From NCBI RefSeq assembly GCF_009914755.1, contig NC_060929.1: DNA of 64,000 nucleotides. One strand, 5' to 3'. This document shows, one piece after another, positions 17,550-41,399 of this stretch. This stretch comes from the human T2T-CHM13v2.0 reference genome, Homo sapiens. The position numbers and the translations under genes are program-made. A model generated the notes under the pieces. It was not told where the DNA came from. It saw only the letters and a program-made list of their open reading frames with translations, and searched no databases. Each line of letters begins with the position of its first letter. Positions within the stretch are counted from its first letter, which is position 1.

Positions 17550-17820
17550 TGGAGTCTTGCTCTCTCGCCCGGGCTAGAGTGCAGTGGCGCGATCTCTGCT
17601 CACTGCAAGCTCCGCCTCCCGGGTTCACGCCATTCTCCTGCCTCGAGTAGCTGGGACTACAGGCGCCCGCCACCACGCCCGGCTAATTTTTTTGTATTTT
17701 TACTTGAGACGGGGTTTCACCGTGTTAGCCAGGATGGTCTCGATATCCTGACCTCGTGATCCGCCCGCCTCGGCCTCCCAAAGTGCTGGGATTACAGGCG
17801 TGAGCCACCCCGCCCGGCCC
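17550..17820 (-). mobile_element. AluY
   Basis: CpG-rich, with the GCAAGCTCCGCCTCCCGGGTTCACGCCATTCTCC diagnostic. Confidence 0.9.
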
Positions 17821-18177
17821 TTAGTTTTCTTAATTGAATAAGTTTTTAAAACAAAACATTTACTTTAGCTTCTTTCTAAGCAATTATATTTCTGAAATCA
17901 TATTTGGTGTGCTAGTTTTCTAACACATATTGAAATAAATATAAACATTAAAATAACTACCAAAATGAAAATGTCCATGAACTGCTTAAACTCAGTGGTG
18001 TATATACCACACCTTAGTAAATATTGCCCTAGCCATTACTGGAAAAATAAAATACGTAAGTTTCTCTGAATCCTAGTTGGTGTGTTGAACACCTCTGTTG
18101 AATTTCTTCCTCAGGTGTGTACTAGCGTCATGGTATCTTGTACCATCATTGTACCCACCCCCTCTATTTTGTGTTGA

Positions 18178-18516
<339 letters not shown>

Positions 18517-19897
18517 TGAAAGATAAAATATGAAATTTTATCTTTAGTATTTGTGATTTTGTGCATAGTAAGAGATTCTCAAATATTTGTGTACCTAATA
18601 TTCTTGAATATTTTCTAACTATTCTCAAATATTTATAGTACCTAAGAATGAACATATACTCTACCATTTGAGGTGATTAATTTTGGCCTACTGGTGGATT
18701 AAAAGAATTTTTAACAGTGTCGACATGACGCTAGACACAATCCACATCAATAAAAAATCATTATTTGAATAAGACGAAGATAATGCTGAAAATATAAAAA
18801 GACTAAAATATCAGTTCTCTCTATTTGTATTAACTTTGAGAATTCAGTGTTTCAAAAGTGTGAAGGGTCTTAACTACAAACTTTGATTTAAAACTGAGAC
18901 TTCTTTGAGGAAATTGTTTTGCTTTAATCCGTCCTTCTAAAAATGGGATTTAGAGAATTTGGAGGAAACTGTATACAATAAAGTTTTTTTTTTCACCTAA
19001 GCTTTCTAGTTAATCATTTGACACAGCAGTCTGAAGATTTTAAATTCCAGTTGCCACTGCCATTCTTTCCACTAGAATGTTGCTTGAGATATGGGCCAAT
19101 TTTACTTAGCACCTAGCCTGGTACCTGGTGTATAGTAGGTGCTCATTTAAGGCTTATTTTACAACTAAGCGAATTCCTACCTTTTCTCTATGTTACAGAA
19201 TATCACTAACACCAAGTTAAGATCTATAAGAGGGAATCAGAAAATAGAATATTAGTTTCACTTTCTTGGAACACACATGAAGGAGCAAATCTTTACAAAA
19301 CTGTCTTTTTTCACTATTCATGGTCAATATTTGAATTATATTATTTTTATGCACTGCTTATTTATCCTTTCCTCAATATTGAACTTCAGTTCTCATCAGA
19401 ATTCGCTTTTTCTTAACCAAGGATTCCTCTCACACACTATACATGCAGACTTTTTCATTAAGTCATTTTATTGCAATACCTGAAAGCAACAAGAATCTGT
19501 ACTCTCCAAGTGAGTGAATAGCAGAGAATGTTTGCTAAGTGATTTTAAAAAATGTCTTCATTTTAGAAAATTTGCCCAAGTTTTCCATACTTGAAAAAAA
19601 ACCTAGTTGTCATTCTCTCTACATGATTTTATATCTTGCTTTTTCTGCTTAGTAAATATTTTCCCATAGAATTAAAAATTTTGCAGGAACAATCTCTAAT
19701 TTGAATTGAATTAATTTAATTCAATTGAATTGAATTAAAATACCTCAGAGGAATACAAATTCAGAACCTTGAAGATTGGTTGCTGTCCTCCACCATGCCT
19801 TGAGGGTATGTGATGTGAAAATTTGGTTTAAAAATGGAAATTATTTAAAATGAATTATATCAAACTGTATTTTGGTTTGGCCTTTGTTAAATATAAT

Positions 19898-20569
19898 CTT
19901 TTTTTTTTTTTTTTTGAGCCGAGTCTCGCGATCTCAGCTCACTGCAATCTCTGCCTCCTGGGTTTGAACAAGCTATTCTCCTGCCTCAGCCTCCGAAGTA
20001 GTTGGGACTATGGGTGCGTGCCACCACACCCGGCTAATTTTTTGTATTTTCAGTAGAGACGGGGTTTCACCGTGTTAGCCAGAATGGTCTTGATCTCTTG
20101 ACCTCGTGATCCACCTGCCTCAGCCTCCCAAAGTGCTGGGATTACAGGCGTGAGCCTCTGTGCCCAGCCTAAATATAATCTTTTAAGGTTGGGTGTGGCA
20201 GCTTATGGCTGTAATCCCAGCACTTTGGGAGGCTGAGGCAGGAGGCTCACTTGAGGCCAGAAATTGGAGACCAGCCTGGGCAACACAGGGAGACTCTTGG
20301 GAGGCTGAGGCAGGAGGCTCACTTGAGGCCCGGAATTGGAGACCAGCCTGGGCAACACAGGGAGACTCTTTCTCTACAAAATTTTTTTTAAAAATTAGCT
20401 GGGCATGGTGGCTTGTGCCTGTAGTCCCAGCTATTCGGGAGGCTGAGGTGGCAGGATCACTTGAGCACAGGAGGTTGAGGCTGCAGTAAGCTATGATCAT
20501 TAGTGCACTCCCCTCTGGGTGACAGAGTGAGACCTTGTCTCAAAAATAAATAAATAAATAAATAAAAAA
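19898..20569. mobile_element. Head-to-head Alu pair: (-) 19898-20169 and (+) AluJ 20187-20569 with an internal 72-bp duplication
   Basis: Alu consensus; TSD TAAATATAATCTTTT for the first element. Confidence 0.88.
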
Positions 20570-20809
20570 TATATTCATTTTGATCATCTTGAGAATAGTC
20601 TGACAAAGTTTATTGCTAACTAGATGAATCCTGAAATTCTTGGTGGTGATGGTTCTAGAGATAAAAAGTATGAAGCAAGCCTGAGCCTATTAAGTGCTTT
20701 ATCCTTTATGTACCAGTATCAAACTGTGTTGCTATTTATGTTCCTGAATGAGATAGGAATTTCTTCAGATTCAGAGAAGGGAAAATGACAGAAACGACAA
20801 CAAAAATGA

Positions 20810-21125
<316 letters not shown>

Positions 21126-21307
21126 TCTGAGAACTACACTTTTAAAACAGCCCATGGTCACGCGTTTTGAAGGGCTGGGGAAATACTGAGGGATTTTACC
21201 TGCTTTTGGGGTGGGGGGTGGGGGCAGAACAAGAAAATCTGATTGAAGACAGCATGAAGTATCAAAATAACCCTTGGCCACTTTGGCTAGTGCCCGTAGG
21301 AATATAA

Positions 21308-21724
<417 letters not shown>

Positions 21725-22149
21725 GAGTCTAACTTTCTTTACGATTTCCTGGGGTCCCAGCTGGACGGAGTCTCATCCCTGCCCCCCTTACTGGGAGGAA
21801 AAGGGAATGCACCTCCTCCATGAGCCTCAGCTGCACTTTGAGGCACCTGGAATCCCCGGATGTGGAGCGAGTCTCTGAAATGCAGAACCCGAGGGGCCAA
21901 CCCATGGACTGTGATGGGTAAAAGGGGAGAGAGCACTAAAGAGGCCAAGTAGGGAGGACATTATCCCTTTCCCCTTTTATTATTATTTTTTGTTAGAAAA
22001 AGGCAGGTGGACATATTTAGCTTGCGAAGCTTGCACAAGGAAAATCCAGAGCGTCTCCAGAATAAGGATCCCACGAGAGAACGTGGACACAAGTAGGCCC
22101 TCAGCCAGCCTTGTACCCACAGGCCCAACAGGCCACTTGGCTATGAGGC

Positions 22150-22500
22150 CAGAGCGTCGCCATAGGGGCCCGAACGCTAGCGTTTAGGGAATCCGCAGGC
22201 TAGAAGTGGAGGCGGGACGCCACTGGTCGTCTGAGCGCTGATTGGCTGGTGGCGCTAGTCACCAGCCAATCGTCAACAGACGCCATTTGTTGTTGGAGCC
22301 ACGCACCTGACGCAGTGGGCGTCTTGCACGTGCAGCCGTTTAAGTCGCGTGGGCGCCTGCGAGGGCTTGGGAGAGCAAGCCGCGGAGAGGTGAGTGGGCC
22401 GCTTTTCTACGGGAACTGGCCTGAACTCGGCCGTACGGGCTCCCCAGTAACCGACCTTTGGCCAAAGTGTGGATGGAGTAGGAGGAGTTTTGAAGCCGTC
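22150..22500 (+). promoter_or_regulatory. DDX4: DDX4 CpG-island, TATA-less promoter
   Basis: Abrupt CpG/GC-rich patch in AT-rich DNA ~0.9 kb upstream of the DDX4 ATG exon. Contains GGCGGGA (22211-22217), inverted and forward CCAAT boxes (22241-22245, 22266-22270), YY1-like CGCCATTT (22281-22288), half-CRE TGACG (22308-22312) and E-box CACGTG (22327-22332). Confidence 0.9.
22300..22389 (+). other. DDX4: DDX4 exon 1 (non-coding 5' UTR); start approximate
   Basis: Ends at consensus donor GAG|GTGAGT (GT at 22390-22391) inside the CpG island. The next strong acceptor precedes the ATG exon. Confidence 0.8.
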
Positions 22501-23251
22501 CTTCGAAGCCTTTCTGCCTCGGGGTCTCAGAGTCCCACGGGTGCCCAAAGTCTGGGCTTGAGGCCTGCAGAGGAGGCGAAGGGGCCTTATTCCTGGCTTC
22601 TTCACTGCGTTTTCTCTGAACAGACATGGTCCGAGTACCATTTGTGTACAAATCCTTCTTGATGAAGCTGGTTGTCCTTTGTCGGCAGGATTTGGGCAAC
22701 CATACCCTTCTTCCCTTCCCCACTAAAATCCAAGGCCTCCCTCTTCACCGAGTCGCCGCCCCCCTACCCAGTCGACTCCCGTACCCCTGTCCCCGCCCCC
22801 ACGCACGCCACAAACACCCCAAAGCAAACATCCTATCCACCTTGGATGTTAATCATGCGAAGGGAGAAATCTTAAGTAGTTTCTGAAAAAAGTTGCCTCT
22901 CCCTTAATATTCAGTAAGTCGTTTGGGGACCCTTTGAGGGAGGAGATAAAGTCTATGAACAGATGTTTGGGAAAAGCCTAAGTCTTGCTGGGGACATGGC
23001 GATTGCTAGAATGACTAGGTAAGAGGTTCAACTAGTTTCTAAAGCTAAGAAAGGATGGAGATAAATGCCACCTTTAGATAAGAAGAGACCTAATTCCTTC
23101 TTTGGAAAAAACTTTTGGGGTATCAGCACCTAGTTGGGTAGTTTCAAGATGTATGTGAAACAATGAGTTTATGCTTTTAAAGTTATGATTCTGATCTAAT
23201 TGAGTCCAAATGTGCATTTTTTTTTTTTTATGAATAGAACTTGAAGCCACC

Positions 23252-23320
23252 ATGGGAGATGAAGATTGGGAAGCAGAAATCAACCCTCATATGTCTTCCT
23301 ATGTTCCCATATTTGAGAAG
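23252..23320 (+). CDS. DDX4: DDX4 exon 2 coding part (exon 23238-23320): MGDEDWEAEINPHMSSYVPIFEK
   Basis: Poly-T tract + AG acceptor at 23236-23237, perfect Kozak GCCACCATGG, 69 nt, donor AAG|GTAATA. The translation is the recognisable VASA N-terminus. Confidence 0.97.
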
Positions 23321-24184
23321 GTAATAACATTTAAAGTTTAGTTATTAAATGCTACGGATTTTATCAAAGTTGAAAATCACTGTGGTGAGAGTTCTAAATT
23401 ATACAGTCTGTGTCAGTGTTTATCTCCATGTGATTGTTATTAACTATTATATGGGGAATAAGAGACAACCTAAGCCTCGTATAGGATACAATAGCTTGAG
23501 GCAATTTGATAATTAAAAGCTAAAATAGATGTAAAAATATTAATGACCTAATTTAAATCTCAATGATTTAGGACTTCCTCAGGTGAAAGCAAACTTGGGC
23601 AAATGTGGTTGATATCAGTGAAAGACGCTTGTATGGAAAATTGAAAACAATAATTACGTTTTGGGAGATATTTTAAATTCTGAAAATTGATTTTGTGCAA
23701 GGAGGGTTCTCAGGATAAATGATACTAGGCTGATTGAGTTGGTAACATCAGTTTGTATGAATCTTCAGATCTTTTTTCTTAATGGCATTTGGGGAGTTAC
23801 ATTGTAATTTAGGGGACAGTGGGGTAAGTTTTTTGGGCTTCAGTTCTGACTTGGAAATTGGCTTTAAAAAGATGAATAGAAGGTACTTTAAAAGATAATA
23901 GATTATTTTTGCATGTGTTACTTACTATATGGTGTCTCTACAAGTTGATTTTTTTGTTCCCCTTCAGAATTTCCAGTTTGAGTGTATGTCAGTTCTGACA
24001 CTTTCTGATTTCAAGTTTTGCCTTAGTGGAAGTTCTTATTTTAGACAAAAATATAAAATATGCAATCTTTTGTCTTAGTTGAATTTGATCTATATGTGAA
24101 GTTTATATTAAAATACCCAAAATACTAATATAAATTTATCATGTTTCTTTTCTTGGAACTTTTTAAAAGAAATAACATGTTACC

Positions 24185-26088
<1,904 letters not shown>

Positions 26089-27337
26089 GTGCAGAAACTA
26101 GAGATGAATACATTACATTTTTATGTAGAACAAATCTAAAGTCTTTCATTCCGTTTCTTTTAAAGACACCATTTTGATTTGTTCTAACTGAATTTGGTTT
26201 TCAAGAAAAAGCTGGCCTTCTCTTTTATAGCGGCTTTATCTGTGATCATCCTTTTCTGAGTGCTTCTCAGGAGCTTTATTTGGAGACTTAATGTTGACAT
26301 ACGCTTATATAATTTTGAAATAATTTGTCATTGTTCTAGTATAACAGATAGAATTTTGGGTAGAACTTCTCAATTCTAAATTTTAAAGTGAGTGTACCAC
26401 CTGGGAATAGAACAGCGAAAGATGTGAAGTTAAGAAAGATTTTATAATGTGGCAATTATATAGTCCAGAAATCTCAACCATTAGGCATTTGCACGTTGCC
26501 TGCAGGCTTATTGGGGTGAGTGTTAGAATGGATGGGTATGGTGAGTGTATTAGATAATTCCGTTGCTTACTTACTAGCTGTGAGGCCTCTTGTTAACTGA
26601 CCGTGAATGTAAGCCTGTATAGTGATCACTTCTGTCTGATCTATTTGCCATTTTTGTGGCACATTTCAGAAGGCAAAATCTCTTGTGGTTAAAGTGGAAA
26701 CAGTAATTGAGTAATTAGACCATCCACAATTATAATTTTATTAAGCAGCAGTAGCAATGTTAGCAATAATTGTTGAGATAAGAAAATAAACATATATATG
26801 ATATTACAAAATTGAAAGTAAGAATACAGGTGAAAAAAATGTGTTCATCAAAATGCAAAAGGATTATTTGTAGCTGCATGTGAGAACACTTATGTGTTAA
26901 ACATTCGAAATTTCTGAATTGGTGCATTTGGGTGGTTTGAGAGATAATAATGGTTTACAGCTAAGTATTTTAAGAGGTAAGCTAAAGACAAGACCTATGA
27001 TTCATTCAACATATTTTTGAGTTCTAGTAGGTGCTGGAGAGAGAGTGGTGAATATAAGGTGCTTGCTGTTACATTGTATTTTACTGGAGAAGACAGAATA
27101 AGCGCGTTTGAGAACCAAATAATTATAGTGAAAAGTACTATAAAAAATTAGAGAAATGTGTGTGTGAGACTGGTGTGGGGTGGATTTAGTTGGAGAGGGA
27201 AGGCTTCTCTCAGACAGTGACTCATGAGCCTGAGACTTAAAGGAGTCCCAGCAGGACATCAGGTGCAAAGGTTCTCAAGGAACCTTTGAGAAGGAGGAGG
27301 GAACAAACTTGGGGTATTAGGGCAACAAGAAGGCCAA

Positions 27338-27710
27338 TGTGTTAGTTTTCTGTGGCTGCTATAACAAATTAACACAAACTGGGTAACTTAAAGCAACATA
27401 AATTTATTCTCATAGTTCTGGAAGCCTGAAGTTAAAAATCAAGGTGTCAGCAGCGCTGCCCTCCCTCTGGAGGTTCTGGGACAGAATCTTTGCTTCTTCT
27501 AGCTTCTAGTGGCTAAGGGCATTCCTCGGCTTGTGGCTGCATATCTCTTAGCTCTGTCTTCACATTGCACCTCCTTTGTGGGTCTTTGTGTTATTTCCCT
27601 CTGCCTCTCTATTATAAGGACACTTGTGATGGCAATTAGGACTCATGCCGATAATCCAGGGTAATCTCATCTCAAAATCTTTAACTTAATTTCATCTGCT
27701 GTGACCCCTT
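27338..27710 (-). mobile_element. MLT1C-like MaLR LTR
   Basis: TGTGTTAGTTTTCTGTGGCTGCTATAACAAATT..CACAAACTGGG..AAATCAAGGTGTCAGCAG, GGATAATCCAGG.TAATCTCATCTCAA. Confidence 0.7.
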
Positions 27711-27719
27711 TTCTCTCTC

Positions 27720-30009
<2,290 letters not shown>

Positions 30010-30065
30010 TGATTGTACTTTTCAGGAATATGGGTGACTTAAATGACTAAACTTTTACTTTAAGT

Positions 30066-30232
30066 CAGGTGTCAGCAAACCCTTTCTATAAAGGGCCAGA
30101 TAATAAATAATTTAGACTTTATAGGCCTTACCTGTCTGTCACAACTTTGCTGTTGTAGTACTTCAATCAAACTCTTTACAGAATCAGGTGGCCCACCAGA
30201 TTTGGCTGGTGGCTGTAGTTTTCTGACCACTG
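30066..30232 (+). mobile_element. MER58A-like fragment
   Basis: CAGGTGTCAGCAAAC..TTTCTATAAAGGGCCAGATAATAAATA..TTTTCTGACCACTG. Confidence 0.65.
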
Positions 30233-30450
30233 TTCTATTGATATATATTAGTACTATATATACAGTGTTAAAGTGAAGATGTCTTGGAATAATTAGTAAA
30301 GGAACATCCAGTGATTTAGAAAACCTTACAGTCTATCATTATTTTGTTCTGAACAAAGCTCAATTGTTATAATTTTCTAGTATTTGTGAAATAAATGACA
30401 CGTTCATATTCAAAGTAGGAAACTAGTTTTTTCTTTCTTCTTTCTCACAG

Positions 30451-30508
30451 GATAGGTATTCTGGAGAAAATGGAGACAATTTTAACAGGACTCCAGCTTC
30501 ATCATCAG
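30451..30508 (+). CDS. DDX4: DDX4 exon 3: DRYSGENGDNFNRTPASSS
   Basis: TTTCTCACAG acceptor, CAG|GTATGT donor, 58 nt, phase 0-1, continues the exon 2 frame. Confidence 0.96.
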
Positions 30509-31238
30509 GTATGTGTTATGGGAAAAAGGTAAAACCCTTTTTAGTTTAAGGGTTTCATCTAGTGAATGAAGAGCAGCAGACTAGTAGACATCTTGTAGAG
30601 GGTGTTTTAAAAAATTTCTTAGTGAAAGTTCCTTCTGATTTGGATATTGTGGAATGGGGGTACTTCTAGTTAGAGGAATTGAGAGAGGGAAAAGAATAGA
30701 CTGTATTATTTGATTTAATGGATTACTATAAAACATTTGCCTAACTTGGAAGTTGCACATTCAGCTTCCAGGCTGCTAGGGCATCATCATCATCAGGGTT
30801 CCTGACATAAGGGAGTAGAATATAGGACTATAAGGTTGTCGAAGCAGGTTACAATGGTGATGACCTGTCAGGATAATAACTGTTTAAGCCAAATCTGTCA
30901 TACCATCAGGATATCTTGAGTTTCTTTGGGATCAGAAAACTAATTTGGGAAAGGTCTTAGGAGAACAATAAAAACGTGTCAAGGTAAAGGAACCCATATC
31001 CTTCCTGTTGCGCCCTCCTCCCAACCCCACTCTGAACTTGTTTTCACTTTGGTTGCCCCTCCCACCATCATTTTTCCCCTTGGGTTGTCCAACTCTATTT
31101 TACAGAGTGGATGTAGATGGGAAGATGGGTGGAAGTGGTAGGACTAGGCTGGGAAATTGAACTCATGGCAGTAGTTTTTCACATTGTTGAAGTCCAAAAC
31201 AGGATGAAATGCAATTGTTACTATATTAAAATAATTTT

Positions 31239-31855
<617 letters not shown>

Positions 31856-33425
31856 AAAAACTATGATGAAGTATACATAAGATTTACCATTTTAATGTGT
31901 ACAGTTCAGCAGCATTCAGTACAGTCTCATTAGTCTGTAACCATCATCCACCATCTACCCCCAGAACTTTCTTGTCTTCCCAAACTGGAACTCTGTACTC
32001 ATTGAAAAATAACTCCCCATTTCCTCCTCTCCCCTGATCCTGGCAACCACCATCTACTTCCGGTGAATTTGAGTTACTATAACTTTACTATGAGTCTCTA
32101 AATCGAGTTACTACTATTTTTAAGGCAGACTAGCATAAGGAAGAGGGCCTGGTGGTATCAGGTAGTAATTTTATCATTTTTCTTATAAAAAATTAGTAGA
32201 TGAGGTAAAACATTTTATGGTCAAGGGAGCTGCATGCTCACTGAAACCTGGCCTATGGTGGAAAACACCCATGGTGAGGTAGTTTCCAAAATGTGAGGAT
32301 AGTTTGAGAGTCAGTTTATCAGGTTAAAGCAAATCTAATTCTCATGAGCATCTTAAGTTCAGGGTAAATATCTTGACAAAAGTTAAGTTTAAAAGAGATG
32401 ACTTTGCTATTTTCAAAATATGTTTATCTTTTATAAGCATTTAAACACAGTGGTTTAATACAGAAATATTCAGATTCTCAGAAGTTCTTGGAATCCTGCC
32501 TGCTGAAACCCCAGCAAAGGGCTAATTTTGCTTCTACCATATAAACTCTGTGTGTACTTAGAGTATTCCAGAAAGACAAATGGATAAACGTAATAGATAC
32601 CTTTTAACATGTCTATTTACATCGATTGCTGTGTAATCAGGAGAAACCTGGTTTTTTGAGGTATGAACAGAAGCCAATATTTGTAAAGGAATGAAAGTTT
32701 AGGTCTATAGTATATTAACGCATAACACTGTTTTGTATTGGAATTTTCAAGAAACTAGACTGAAATAACCACCAACTAAAAGCTAAGTTTTTTTTTTTAG
32801 CATTAGACCTATGAATGTTTAGGCTAATGAAATGAAATCATTAATGAAAATCACTAATGAAAAATATTGATTGCCTGCTTACCTTCTTCTAGATAACAAG
32901 TACTTTTTGTAGTTCTTCATAATTTTTTATTTTTTTATGAAAATTTTCTTATTAGAGAAATATAAACCAGGACAGTGAATGTAAGCCAAGCCAATACCTA
33001 AATATGCTTATTGTTTTAAAAAAAAGGAAAAAGGGAGAAATAAAATATGAAATCTTAGCCCCTAAATTTAGCTACCATTGATGTCTATTGACTCTGATTT
33101 TTTAGATTCCTGTGTATATTCCCACATACATGATCGTATGCCACTGGCATAATATATTAATACATATGTTCCTTTTTTATAAATACTTGTCTTGTTTTTC
33201 CTTTGCTTACCCATGCTTACCTTCCATGCCCTTTTCATGCTCTTAAAATTGTATTTAGACATGCGTCTTTTCATTCTGTATTTTATAGAAATGGAATCGT
33301 GTTATATCACATCTTGCTTTTATTTAATAGTCATGGAAACCCTTCTAAACAACTGGTATTATCTGATTATTTCCAAAATTAAGCGAAAACAATTTCACAT
33401 TACTTGGCTTTAAAATGTCAATAGG

Positions 33426-35894
<2,469 letters not shown>

Positions 35895-36441
35895 TAAGTT
35901 GCCTGTTTGTATTTTTAGTCTATTTGTCTATTGAGCTAGCTTTTCCTATTGTTGATTGGCAGGCATTGTTAATATTCTAGATTTTAGGCTCTTTCCTGAT
36001 TTAGACACTGAATATCTTCTTCCATTCTGTTGTCTGTCAGCTTTGTTCATGGTATGCCTTATTAATCAAAAATTTAATTCTGAAGTTATTAAATAATTTT
36101 TTTGCTTCTTGATTTGATTTTGTAGTTTAAGAAATTCTTCACCATCTCTGTCAAAAAGTAGCCTCCTACATTATCTTCCTTAGACTTTTGCCTTTCACAT
36201 TGAGCTTTTAATCGTCTGAACTCATCCTTTTTGAATCATGGTGGCCATATTTATTTGAGTGTCAAATCAAGACATAGTGTATGCAGTATGAATATACCTA
36301 AATGACTCACAAAAAAGGAATCTTTGACGCTAAAGTTTTTCTGGTCAGCCCTGACCATTGGTCTCTAGTTATTGAGGAGTTTTGTTTGTGAACTGTGGTA
36401 AACTAGACATAATAGAAAATTTACTGTCTTAACCATTTTTA

Positions 36442-39458
<3,017 letters not shown>

Positions 39459-40494
39459 TTAAAGCATTGGATAAAATCTACAGTTCATTGACGAGTAGTA
39501 GAAATAACAAACATCTAGGCTTTTCCTCACTTCAATGGGAATGCTCCCAAATTTTTATAATTATGATGTTTGCATTAGGCTACTAATAGTTATTTTTTAA
39601 AATCATGCCAAGAGAGTTTCTTTTCATTTCTACTTGAATATTTGTTTTGTTCAGGAATGGCAGTTGAATGTTATCAAATGGCTTTTTAGAATTACTGATT
39701 TCTATTATTTCTCCCTTATATCTATTAATGTAGTAAATGAATTTTTAAATGAACTTTGTGTTCCTGGGCTAAGCCTTACGTGACTCTTTTATTGTACTAT
39801 TGGATGAAATTAGATATTTTATTTAGCACTTCTGAATTAATGTAAGATTGGCGTATAGTTTTCTTCTGTCATGTCGTCCTCACTTGGTTTTGGTTTCAAG
39901 CTTTTCATGTTTTCCAGTAAGCTCCGGAACATGAAAATTACCTGTTTTTTTACAAGTTGTATAGAATTTGTTCATAAAACTGTCTAGGCCAGGGCAGATT
40001 CTTTTTTTTTTTAAACTTTATTGAAGCATAATGTACACATAGATTCAATATGTATTTCAGTAAGATACACAGCATAAATGTACAGCTCACTTAATTATCA
40101 GAAGCTGAACACTCCCTGAAAGCCAGCACTCAGATCAAGAAAAACAGCATTATTAACAGCACCCTTGAAGCCTTCCTTTTTCTTCCAGGCACCGTCCCTC
40201 TGTCCAGAAGTGACTATTATCCTGATTTCTAACAGCATAGATCAGTTTTCCCTATAAATGGCAGTCATATAAAATGGCGTCATACATTGTGTTCTTTTTT
40301 TGTTGAGGTTTTCTCCAGGTTGTTAGAAGTAGTTATAGGTTATTTGTGGATGTATGATATTCCCTATGTAAATATACCGTAAATTAAAATATTGATGGTC
40401 ATTTTTATAGTTTCCAGTATTTGCCTGTTATGAGTGGTTCTCTTAAGAATGTTTTCCAATTCATGTCTTTCGGTGGATATAAAAATCTTCTCTG

Positions 40495-40635
40495 AATGTG
40501 ATTGGCAGAACAGTAGCATTGGCATCACCTGGGAACTTGTTAGAAATGAAGAATCTCATACTGCACCCAGAACTACTGCATCAGAATGTGTGTTTTAATG
40601 AGATCACCAGGTAATTTGTATGCACATTACTGTTA
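40495..40635. mobile_element. MER5A-like fragment
   Basis: GGCATCACCTGGGAACTTGTTAGAAATG..ACTACTGCATCAGAAT..TTTTAATGAGATCACCAGGTAATTTGTATGCACATTA. Confidence 0.7.
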
Positions 40636-41399
40636 CACTCTGAAGTCTCTATTTGGAAGACTTGACACTGAATTCTAAGTGTTAGTGTTTCAGCTACTTG
40701 GGGTAATGAAAGGGATTAGAAGTCAGGAGAGCTGGCAGCCCTAAGCACCACTAAATAGTTTCAAAACTCTTTGCCCCTAAGTCTTTTCTCATCTTCCTTT
40801 AATTTTCCTCACTCTGGTTTAGGCAAATCACTGTGGAGAAAGGTTGGAAGATTATAGAGTCTTAGAGCGCATACTGAAGTCTCATACATAATTGGGTTCT
40901 TTTGCTTGGTGGTTTTAGTATATGGAATTTTTTTTAAGTTCTTGTTCAATATTTGAGCCTCTTTGGATTTGGTCCAAGTGTAACTATATTGAGAGATATT
41001 CTTTGTGGTCAGTTGTTGGGGATTGTGTACACTAACACTAAATTCATTTTAAATGGACTTCATTTTTATTTCTTTTGGTTTATTTTGGTGGATTTCATAG
41101 CATTCAAGAAGAGCATCTATACTCCATCATTTATTGGTATTAGAGTCTTATTTATTTTTATTGCTATGTATAATATGTATTGTGGGGATTGCCGTGATAT
41201 ATATCAATGACAGCATATCATTACATTCATGAAAGTGAATGTAAACTTTCACATTTACATGTGAAAGTACTGTGAGATTTAAAACTACTAAAAAATGGAA
41301 AGGAAATAATTGTATATTTTCCTTAGGATTGTGTGCTAATAACAAGGTAAACTGGGTTAATTCTTTCTTAGAACCTTCTACTCTTGTACCATCATTTTT

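Noticed and set aside
17206-17676. Low-complexity K/E/G/R and F/L/P/S ORFs
   Set aside because: Translations of the polypurine microsatellite plus AluY.
18575-18645. Short duplication ATTCTCAAATATTT..GTACCTAA
   Set aside because: Small AT-rich slippage duplication with no sign of function.
19698-19740. AT-rich hairpin AATTGAATTAA-T-TTAATTCAATT
   Set aside because: Low-complexity (AATTG/AATTA)n sequence; such symmetry is expected by chance.
22249-22886. Several overlapping ORFs at the promoter
   Set aside because: Stop-poor GC-rich CpG island; no recognisable protein, and the ORFs cross the exon 1 donor.
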